Source: an uncultured delta proteobacterium (GTDB lineage: Bacteria; Desulfobacterota; Desulfobacteria; Desulfobacterales; Desulfosalsimonadaceae). From it: DNA of 64,000 nt. This document shows positions 51,752-60,354 of the stretch, one piece after another. The position numbers were made by a program, and so were the translations under genes. The stretch lies in the NCBI GenBank assembly GCA_963826785.1, contig CAWGYD010000001.1:192001-256000 (forward strand). Direction: 5' to 3'. Below the pieces are notes generated by a model, which worked only from the letters and a program-made list of their open reading frames with translations, did no database searches and was not told the DNA's origin. Every line of letters starts with the position of its first letter. The stretch's first letter is position 1.

Positions 51752-52204
51752 ATGCAGCATAGCGACATCAAAGCCTTCATCGAGAAACCCTTTGCGTTTG
51801 TCGAACGCATCGGCCTCAAAGCCCTTGTTCTGGAGCGCGGCCGGGTGCGCCTGGCCGTGCCCCTGGAGGGCAACGTCAATCATATCGGGTCGATGTACGC
51901 CGGGGCGCTGTTCACCCTGGCCGAAATCCCCGGCGGCGCACTGTTTCTGACCAGTTTCGATACGAAGCGCTTCTATCCGGTGGTCAAGGAAATGACCCTG
52001 CGATTTATCAAACCGGTCACCACCGACGCCACCGTTGAAATCATTTTAGACGATGCGGCCATCACGCGCATCCAGACCGAGGCAGCCGCCAGCGGCAAAG
52101 CCGAGTTTATTCTGGAAGGCAGAATTCTGGATGCCGCCGGCCAGCTGGTGGCCGCCAGCCGCGGCGTCTATCAGCTGCGCTCCCTGGCAGAAATTGCAGG
52201 CTGA
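51752..52204 (+). CDS. hotdog-fold thioesterase (PaaI/YiiD-like)
   Basis: NVNHIGSMYAGALFTLAE. Confidence 0.85.
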   Translation: MQHSDIKAFIEKPFAFVERIGLKALVLERGRVRLAVPLEGNVNHIGSMYAGALFTLAEIPGGALFLTSFDTKRFYPVVKEMTLRFIKPVTTDATVEIILDDAAITRIQTEAAASGKAEFILEGRILDAAGQLVAASRGVYQLRSLAEIAG

Positions 52205-52380
52205 ACCCGTGAATCCGGGGCCAGAATCTTCAAGAACAAAGATTTGACCGGACAATCGGTTTCAGCCGTATCCGCATGCGGCATAACCGGGTCCGGGTTT
52301 ATAAAGACTGGATATCGATCGCGGGGGGCGTCTCAGCCGAATAGACCACTAATACCAGGGAAAGGACACTCAGCACAGCC

Positions 52381-53730
52381 ATGAAAAAGGTACTCCTCTT
52401 CTCAATTCTGCTTTTGCTCGGCTTGATCGGGTCGCAGTGGCTGCCGGCCTATATCGGTCCCGGGTACGCCAGGGTGGCCGACGTCGTCCGGATCCTGACC
52501 ATGGCAGGTCTTTCATTTATCATGATCCGGGTCGGCTATGAGTTCGACATCGATAAGACCAATCTTCGGCAATACGGCTGGGATTATTTCGTCGCTTTCA
52601 CGGCAGCAAGCTTTCCCTGGGTCTTCGTCACACTTTACTTCGTATTCGTTCTCCTTCCGCCGGAGGCCTGGGGCACCCTGGCCGCATGGCAGGAGACGCT
52701 GCTGGCGGGAAGATTTGCAGCGCCGACGTCGGCGGGTGTGTTGTTTTCCATGCTCGCTGCGGCCGGACTGGGCGCGACCTGGTTGTTCCGAAAGGCCCGG
52801 GTCCTGGCAATCTTCGATGACCTCGACACCGTGCTGCTCATGATTCCACTCAAAATGCTGATGGTTGGAGTGGCCTGGCAGCTGGGTCTGATTGTGGTCG
52901 TCATGGCCGGCATGCTCTCAGCGGCCTATATATTTCTGCATAAGATCCGTATCCCGGTAACCTGGCCGTGGGTTTTGGGGTACGCCGGGGTCATCACCGG
53001 GCTCAGCGAGGTAGTCTATCAGGGTACCAAACTCATAGACGAATCGATCCCCATTCACATCGAGGTGATCCTGCCGGCATTCGTGCTCGGCTGCGTCATG
53101 GCTTACCCGAAGGCACACGCTGTCGAATCACCGGTACGGGGCGACAACCATGATGGTCATGAGGCGATAAACACACCTCAGGAACAGCATGTCTCAACGA
53201 TTGTCGCGGCTGCTTTCATGGTACTGGTCGGATTGTCGATGCCGATGATACCGAGGGGCGGCTCTGCCGTTCTAGCTGGAGCTCAGACTGAACAGGTGGA
53301 ACTTTCACTGCGGGGCGCCGGAAATCCTTCCGCAGAGGCCGCGGCTGGCGAAGTCGGCTCGGCAATGCAGATCGGTCGTGTCACCGCCGCTCAACCGCCC
53401 ATGGGCTGGGCTCAGATCGTGCTGCACGTTCTTGTCATCACCATCATCTCCAACATCGGCAAGATGTTTCCTGCGTTTTGCTACAGGAAAGAGGCGCACT
53501 GGCGCGAACGGTTGGCCCTTGCGATCGGCATGTGGCCCCGTGGAGAGGTGGGTGCGGGCGTGCTGGTGATTTCGCTCAGCTACGGCATCGGGGGGCCTAT
53601 CGTCACCGTGGCCATGCTCAGCCTTGCGGTCAATCTGCTGCTGACGGGAGTGTTCATCTACATCGTTAAACAACTTACGGGTTCATTGCCAGCCTACGGG
53701 CAGCAAACGCCGTCAGAAAGAATGGCCTGA
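52381..53730 (+). CDS. cation:proton antiporter (CPA2-like)
   Basis: APTSAG, AIFDDLD, MWPRGEVG; ~12 TM. Confidence 0.85.
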   Translation: MKKVLLFSILLLLGLIGSQWLPAYIGPGYARVADVVRILTMAGLSFIMIRVGYEFDIDKTNLRQYGWDYFVAFTAASFPWVFVTLYFVFVLLPPEAWGTLAAWQETLLAGRFAAPTSAGVLFSMLAAAGLGATWLFRKARVLAIFDDLDTVLLMIPLKMLMVGVAWQLGLIVVVMAGMLSAAYIFLHKIRIPVTWPWVLGYAGVITGLSEVVYQGTKLIDESIPIHIEVILPAFVLGCVMAYPKAHAVESPVRGDNHDGHEAINTPQEQHVSTIVAAAFMVLVGLSMPMIPRGGSAVLAGAQTEQVELSLRGAGNPSAEAAAGEVGSAMQIGRVTAAQPPMGWAQIVLHVLVITIISNIGKMFPAFCYRKEAHWRERLALAIGMWPRGEVGAGVLVISLSYGIGGPIVTVAMLSLAVNLLLTGVFIYIVKQLTGSLPAYGQQTPSERMA

Positions 53731-53798
53731 TCTGCCGCCGGCACACCCCCCTATAATTTTCCCTCGGGGGGAGGCCGGGGTGGGTATTGGATACTCGC

Positions 53799-54581
53799 CT
53801 ATTTTTTCTTGCCGGCCCGGAGCTTTTCCAGCAGGGAATCGATACGCGCATGGTTGTCTTCGGAACCGACGTAGGTGCGAAAAAGCCATTCCTGGATTTT
53901 CATGGAGCTGTCCAGGCTGTTGTGCAGCAGTTCGATGGAAAGCTTCTTGGTTTCCACCAGGCAGGTGCGGTCGGAGGCGGCCATTTCAGCGGCAATGGCC
54001 TTAACTTTTTCCACCACCGTGCCTTCCGGGAAGACCTGGCTGACGTATCCGGCGCGAAGCGCTTCCTGTGCATCGATGATTTTTCCGGTCAGCGCCCATT
54101 CCCTGGCCGTGCCCAGGCCGACGACGCGCCACAGCGGATCGAGCAGGGGCGTGAGCGACAGGATGATTTCGCGCTGGCTGAATTTCGCGCGCTCCGAGGC
54201 GTAACGCAGATCGCACATGAGCGTCAGGTCGAACCCCCCGGCCATGGCGGCCCCGCCGACTGCGGCAATGACGGGCTGGCTGCAGAACATGATCGACCGG
54301 TAGGCCCGGTGGAAAAGGGCGGTGAAGGCTTCATTGGCATCCTTGCGCACGGTCTTTAAAAAATCCAGGTCAAACCCGGCCGAGAATATCTTCTCGCCGC
54401 CGGTCAGGATGATCACCGAAACATCCGTGCGAGAATCGAGGTGTTCGAAAACTGCCGCCAGTTCTTCCAGGACATCGGGCGACAGCGCGTTTCCCTTATC
54501 CTGCCGGTTCAGCAATACGGTTGCGACCTGGTTTTCCACATTCACGGACAGGTAGTTCAAAGACGGGACGTTCGGTTCCAT
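53799..54581 (-). CDS. enoyl-CoA hydratase/isomerase (crotonase) family protein
   Basis: FSAGFDL, PVIAAVGGAAMAGG, CDLRYAS, IDAQEALRAG. Confidence 0.9.
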   Translation of the reverse strand: MEPNVPSLNYLSVNVENQVATVLLNRQDKGNALSPDVLEELAAVFEHLDSRTDVSVIILTGGEKIFSAGFDLDFLKTVRKDANEAFTALFHRAYRSIMFCSQPVIAAVGGAAMAGGFDLTLMCDLRYASERAKFSQREIILSLTPLLDPLWRVVGLGTAREWALTGKIIDAQEALRAGYVSQVFPEGTVVEKVKAIAAEMAASDRTCLVETKKLSIELLHNSLDSSMKIQEWLFRTYVGSEDNHARIDSLLEKLRAGKKK

Positions 54582-54696
54582 GGAAATTCCTTTTCATTAG
54601 ATTAAACAGCAACTTCCTGATTTTTTCCTTTATATCCCATCTTTTTTCACCTGACGCAAGGCCCTTGATGAAACACCTCAGAAGCCGTTTTGGGCT

Positions 54697-55827
54697 TTAC
54701 TGATCGAGTTCGATACGAAGGGACAGGAACTTGAGCAGGTCTTTTAATGAAACCACCCCCGCCAGATGACCGCCTTCGGTGACCATCAGCCGGCTTTTGC
54801 CGCTCCGGTTCATCAGGGAAAGTGCTTTGATCGCATCCGTGTCGGGCTGAATGGTATTGTCCCCGTCACAGGGCGAGGAAATATCCGCCACTCTTTTTTC
54901 ATGCCATTGCGCTTTTGGAATCTCTTTGATCTGCCGGGTGGTGACGCAGCCTTCCACCTTGTCCGCCCCGGAAATCACCGGGTACATTTTGTAATGGTAC
55001 CGGTAGACATAATTTTCCACCAGGTCGTCGATGGTCGTGTCCGGCGAAATGGTGACGGGGTCCGTGTTCATGAAGCGGCGAACGGATTCGCCTTCCAGCG
55101 CCCGGCGGGTCAGAAGCTGTTGGTAGGACATGCTGGCTGCGCTGTACAGGAACATGCCGATGAGGAACCACCACATTCCGCCGATGAAATTGCCGCCGAA
55201 AAGATTGAATACACCGAGAATGATCAAAAAGATGCCGAATGCCGAGCCGATCCGGGAAGAAATGCGGGTCGCCCAGCGCAGGTTGTCTTTGGCGCCCCAG
55301 AGGATCGATCGCAGCACCCGGCCGCCGTCCAGCGGAAAGGCCGGAATGAGATTGAATATGGCCAGGATGAGGTTGATGATGGCAAGGTACTCCAGCACCC
55401 CGTTGACCGGCATGGGAATGGCCGATGCAGTGCCGGCGATGTACATGGCGTAAAACAGGCCCGCGAGTACGAGGCTCGACAGGGGGCCGACGGCGGCCAT
55501 CATGAATTCGGCTTTGGGGCTCTCCGGTTCGTCGGGCATTTCCGCCATTCCCCCGAATATGAAAAGTGTGATGCCTTTCATCTGGATGCCGTACTTCCGG
55601 GCCACCAGCGAGTGGGAGAATTCATGGATGACAATGGAGGCAAACAGGCCCAGTGCACCGATGATGCCCATGCCCCAGTAGGTTCCGGCGGAAAGGCCGG
55701 CAAACTTGAAGGGGAAAAACCCGGTTGACAATGACCAGGCAATCAGCACGGCGATGATGATCCAGGAAAAGTCGATGCGCACCTGGAACCCGAGCAGCTT
55801 GAATAAATTGATCCGTCTTCCAAACAT
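54697..55827 (-). CDS. site-2 (M50) intramembrane zinc protease with C-terminal CBS pair
   Basis: HEFSH, NLIPAFPLDGG, two CBS domains. Confidence 0.93.
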   Translation of the reverse strand: MFGRRINLFKLLGFQVRIDFSWIIIAVLIAWSLSTGFFPFKFAGLSAGTYWGMGIIGALGLFASIVIHEFSHSLVARKYGIQMKGITLFIFGGMAEMPDEPESPKAEFMMAAVGPLSSLVLAGLFYAMYIAGTASAIPMPVNGVLEYLAIINLILAIFNLIPAFPLDGGRVLRSILWGAKDNLRWATRISSRIGSAFGIFLIILGVFNLFGGNFIGGMWWFLIGMFLYSAASMSYQQLLTRRALEGESVRRFMNTDPVTISPDTTIDDLVENYVYRYHYKMYPVISGADKVEGCVTTRQIKEIPKAQWHEKRVADISSPCDGDNTIQPDTDAIKALSLMNRSGKSRLMVTEGGHLAGVVSLKDLLKFLSLRIELDQ

Positions 55828-55947
55828 GGGCGCTCCTTTCAGGGCACGGTTTCATTCAATTTCAAATCTGATGAACTCGTAAAAAGCATCGCACTGCTGA
55901 TTCCGATGCAAGAGAACCCAGCCGCTGTCCGGCGGGTTTCGTATTTC

Positions 55948-56535
55948 TTACGTCAGATGGTATGCGCCGGCCCCGAACGCGATGACCAGAAAGATCGTGG
56001 CGAGCAGGGCGATCAGTCCATCCCGGGCGGTCAACGACAGGCCGAAAGCGGTCAGTGCGACGCCCGCGATATTGGCGCTGAAGGGCACCATTTCCATAAG
56101 CGGCATGACGGCGGCCACCAGGATGCATATCATGGCAATGGCGTAGCTGCCCAGATCCCGGGTCAGCATGGTCAGCCGCGGTTTGGAGAAGCGGTCCAGG
56201 AAGCGGGCCACGGGCCGCAGCCAGCCGATCGTCCTGCAGAACCGATCCTGGCGGATGGACCGCGCAAGCATCCATTGGGGAAGCCAGAGATGGTCCCGGC
56301 TGAACAGCAGCTGTCCCGCAGTCAGCACCACGATGGCGGCCATGATCGTCGGCACACCCGGGATATCCCCCAAAAGCGGTGCAAGCGTGATTAAGCCGGC
56401 CAGAAGGAGGATCGGACCGAAGGACCGGCTGCCCAGCGTCTCCAGAATTCTGCCGATGGAAACCCGGTCTGTTTCCCGGGCCGCCTGTTCCGTCAGATCC
56501 AGGAGTTCCTCTACGCTGGTGGGTTCCGGGTCCAT
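55948..56535 (-). CDS. ExoD family exopolysaccharide synthesis protein
   Basis: RSFGPILL, IPGVPT, LWLPQW, ARDGL; start moved to ATG 56535, adjacent to DUF421 stop. Confidence 0.85.
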   Translation of the reverse strand: MDPEPTSVEELLDLTEQAARETDRVSIGRILETLGSRSFGPILLLAGLITLAPLLGDIPGVPTIMAAIVVLTAGQLLFSRDHLWLPQWMLARSIRQDRFCRTIGWLRPVARFLDRFSKPRLTMLTRDLGSYAIAMICILVAAVMPLMEMVPFSANIAGVALTAFGLSLTARDGLIALLATIFLVIAFGAGAYHLT

Positions 56536-56536
56536 G

Positions 56537-57055
56537 TCAGGCGGCTCCCGGCTGCCGGATGTTTTCCAGGGCGGATGCATCCCCGGCCGCCGATTTTGAA
56601 ATCACGCTTAAATTGCCGTTGGTCTCGAGCACCACAAAATCGACCCCATCGAGGGACGACATTCCCTGGCTGCGGATGGCCTGGAGGATTTCTTCCCGGC
56701 TCACCCGTTCTTCTTCCATGGCCGTTTCCAGAAAATTTCCCCGCTGAAACAAGAGGCGCGGATCGGACTTGATCACCTCCTTAGACCATTTTAACTGGGG
56801 TGAATAGCGGGCGACGATCAGCTGCAGAAAAATCAGGAGGCCAAGGGCGAGAACTCCGTCTGTCAGCCCGATGTTTGTGCTCAAGATGGTGGTGGCCAGG
56901 GTGGAGCCGAAAGCCACGGTGACCACGAAATCAAAGGCATTCAATTGGGAAAGCGTCCGCTTGCCCGAGATCCGGAGCATGATCACCAGGGCGGCATAGG
57001 AAAGCGGGGCGATGATGAGTATCCTGAAAATGGTGTTCCAGCTGCTGAAAAGCAT
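56537..57055 (-). CDS. DUF421 (YcaP/YetF) membrane protein
   Basis: RISGKRTLSQLNAFDFVVTVAFGS, VLETNGNLSVI. Confidence 0.9.
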   Translation of the reverse strand: MLFSSWNTIFRILIIAPLSYAALVIMLRISGKRTLSQLNAFDFVVTVAFGSTLATTILSTNIGLTDGVLALGLLIFLQLIVARYSPQLKWSKEVIKSDPRLLFQRGNFLETAMEEERVSREEILQAIRSQGMSSLDGVDFVVLETNGNLSVISKSAAGDASALENIRQPGAA

Positions 57056-57303
57056 CGTTATTCTCCATAATCAAAGGGAAATGGAATTCATTATTCAAAA
57101 ATATGGAAGGCGCAGCTGTTTTTGTCAAATGTGAGTGGGAAAGAGAAGGCAGCTCAAATTCGGCTATCTTAAAAACCGGCGGAAAGAAGATACCCGGATC
57201 ATATTTTCTTTGCTATTTGCCCGGGAATGTCTTTTATTATCCCGTAGTCGTTGCCCGAAGGTTTCTTGCTGATAATTCAAAAAAGATGGGCCTGTCAATC
57301 CCC

Positions 57304-57696
57304 ATGCCGGAAAACCCCAGAGTCTTGATCGTTGATGATGAAGCCAATTTCTGCCGCTCCCTGCAAAAAATCCTGGGGGCCCGGAAAATTTTTGCTTCTG
57401 CGGTGAACCGGGGGGAGGATGCCCTGGAGGCGCTTTCCCGGGATCCCTATGATGTGGTGCTGCTGGATGTGAAAATGCCTGGGATCAGTGGGATCGAAGT
57501 GCTCAAACAGATGAAGGCCAGCGGATGCAAAGCCGAGGTCATCGTCCTGTCGGGCCATGCATCCATGGAAACCGCCCTGGAAATCGTCCAACACGGGGCC
57601 TACGATTACCTGATGAAACCCTGCCAAACTGACGAACTCCTGTTGAAAATTTCCAATGCCTATGAACAGCGCCTGGAAAAAGAAAAGATTCGTTAA
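57304..57696 (+). CDS. stand-alone response regulator receiver protein
   Basis: VLIVDDE, LLDVKMPG (phospho-Asp), LSGH, YLMKP; no output domain; start 57304 (or 57286). Confidence 0.9.
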   Translation: MPENPRVLIVDDEANFCRSLQKILGARKIFASAVNRGEDALEALSRDPYDVVLLDVKMPGISGIEVLKQMKASGCKAEVIVLSGHASMETALEIVQHGAYDYLMKPCQTDELLLKISNAYEQRLEKEKIR

Positions 57697-57754
57697 TCTT
57701 GTTGCCGGGCAGGCGCCTCCACACAGAAACGATAACTTGTTTTAAGACGGACCC

Positions 57755-60341
57755 TCAATGCGGCCGGCCGGCGGGATCCAGGTGATAGCGGCCCTCGAGG
57801 AAATGGGCCGAGAGCGTTTTGACGCTTTCTTCGGAATTCATCAGCATGTCCATCTGGCGGGTGTAGATAATCAGCCGGCCCAGTAAATCCAGCTTTTCCC
57901 ATGTAATGTCATGCTCCTGCTTGGCCAGGCGGGCATTGACACGATCCCCCTGGACCTCCACCAGGAAACCGCCGGCTTCGAGGACATTCTGGATCAGCCG
58001 GGCCCTCCGGTTGCGCCGGACGTCGTCGGCGGCACCCCCCTTGAACTGAAAATTGATGTAGTTCTTCATGGCCGTCTGTCCGCAGTAACTGTCCAGAATG
58101 CTGTAGTGGTATCCCACGCGGGAGCTGAAATTCAAGTACTTGTCCGAAACAATGGCGTAGCTGCGGTCTCCGAACCGCTCCGTGACGGGATTGGGAGGGG
58201 AGAGCATCTGCTGGCTCATGACGGACAAAAAACCCTTGATGTTGACGGGCCTGGGCTCAAAGGGCTTGAGATCACTGTGAAGCATCCCCGAAAGCAGCGC
58301 CTTGAATGGCGCCGACACCACCTGATCGATTCCGATCTTTGCGGTTTTTTCCGTCATGTTCAGCCCGCCGCCGAGATCGATCACATACAAATCGATGGGA
58401 AGAGGGGCGTCGAGCTTGACCGAAATCCTGCCGTGGTCAGTGGTGAAGTCGCTGATCTGGAAGATCTCGTTATAGGACCACTCATGGGTCAGGCGCATGA
58501 TGTCATGAATGGTCCTGCAGTTTGCGGGGGTGAACTTGCGGGACTTGGGGTGGGTGAGGTTCAGCGGGACGATCAACTGCGAGAGCCTTTGAAGCGTTTG
58601 ATACACGGGGGTGTCTTTCATGAAAGCGCCTCTTTCCCACTGCATTTCCAGCAGTTCGGGGACTTTTCCCGCATAGACCCTGCCGGCAAACGCATCGACC
58701 GTGATGCGCATGCCGGGTTCGATGACGGTGGTGGCGTTTCGGGTGTTCAGTACCGTGGGGACCTTGAATTCCCGTGCCACGGAGGCCATGTGGCCGGTGA
58801 TGCTTCCGGAATTGGTGACCACGGCCTGTGCTTTTTCCATGACGAGGACGTACTGGGGGGAAGAATGCGCCGCCACCAGCACGCCGCCTTCCGGAAACGA
58901 CAGCAGGTCTTTTTCCGAATGGATGATGTGCGCCGGCCCGCAGCCCACTCCGGGGCAGGCGACGCTGCCATTCTCCAGCAGAATGGGATAGCTGGTCGAA
59001 CCGCTGGGTGGAAAAAAAAGCCCCCTTGTCGCCTTCCAGGCGCAGGGGCCGGGTCTGAAGAATTACCGGACGGCCGTCGGCATCGATGGCCCACTCGATG
59101 TCCTGGGGCATTTGGTAGTGCGCCTCCAGTTTCATGGCATAGTCGGTCAGCACGAGGGCCTGTTCTTCAGACAGGCTTGCCGCATCCTGCAGATCGGGAT
59201 CGACGCCCGTTTCCGAAAGATTCCCGTCCGGGAGAGTGACCAGGCGCTTCTCCTTGTGGGATATGACAGATTTTAAGAGCACCGGGGGATTTGTTTTGGA
59301 CACCTCGAAGGTATCCGGCGCAACGGATCCGTCCACTACAAGAGCGCCCAGTCCCCAGGTGGCATGGATGATGAGGCTGTTTTCCATCAGGCGGAAGGGA
59401 TGCCGGGTATAAATGACGCCGCCGGCTTTTGCCGGGATCATCTCCAGGCATCCCACGCTCATGGCGGCTTCTTCGAAGGAAATCCCCATGTGGTGGCGGT
59501 AGGAGATGGCCCGGGGGGTAAACAGGCTGGCAATGACCTCCTTGTATTTTAAAATGATGTCATCGCGCGAAACATTCAGGCAGCTCTGGTACTGACCGGC
59601 AAACGACAGTTCGCTGTCCTCGCCGATGGCGCTGCTGCGCAGCGACACCCGGGCGCTTCTGTCCGGGCTGATCAGCCGGTCACAGGCATCGAAGATCGCC
59701 TGCTCGACCTTGGGCGGAACCTCGGCGGCCAGGAAAATGGACTGGATGTCTTGACTGATGCGCATGATGGATTCCGGATCACTGGCATCGAGCGCCATCT
59801 TGTGCTTGCGGATCTCATCTGACAGATCGTTGTATTCGATCAGTTCATCAAACGCGGTGGTGGTGATGGCAAACCCTTTGGGGATGGGGAGTCCGACCCG
59901 GCTTTTGATTTCACCCAGGTTGGCGTTCTTGCCGCCCACAAAATCGACGCTGTCCTTTCCGATGCGGTCGTAGGGCAGGACGAAATCGATCCCCCGGACA
60001 ACGTTTTTAAGATCGAGCTCCCCGTCGATGGCTTCCCGGATGTGCTTGAGCGTGGCGCTGAGCTCGGGAAATTTCCTCCCGGAAAGCCCTTCGAAACTGC
60101 CGATCATCCGGGCCGTGTGAAAAATCGTCCGGGCCGTTTCGGAGCGGATATACGACATTCCGAAAACATGCTGCCCGGTCAGCTTCTCCTCCATGCCCGA
60201 GATGATTTTCAGCAGCTCGGCATTGGATTCCAGGAGGGCCTTGAAATTGGCGTATTTTACCCGGAAGACATTCATCATCCCGCCCGGGTCCGGCGGCTGC
60301 TTACGGTTTTTCCGGAGCAGTGCGGTCAACCGCCTGAACAT
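57755..60341 (-). pseudogene. PEP-synthase/PPDK-like protein (ATP-grasp + His-swivel + C-terminal domain), split by a +1 frameshift at ~58990-59040
   Basis: Frame A: VGGKNANLGE, RSSAIGED, SFAGQY, WGLG, PQDIEWA, LQTRP. Frame B: YPILLENGSVACPGVGCG, GSITGHMASVARE, FKGGAAD. Removing one base gives a continuous 861-aa ORF. May be an assembly error or a slippage site. Confidence 0.8.
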
Positions 60342-60354
60342 GAGATCCTCCCGG

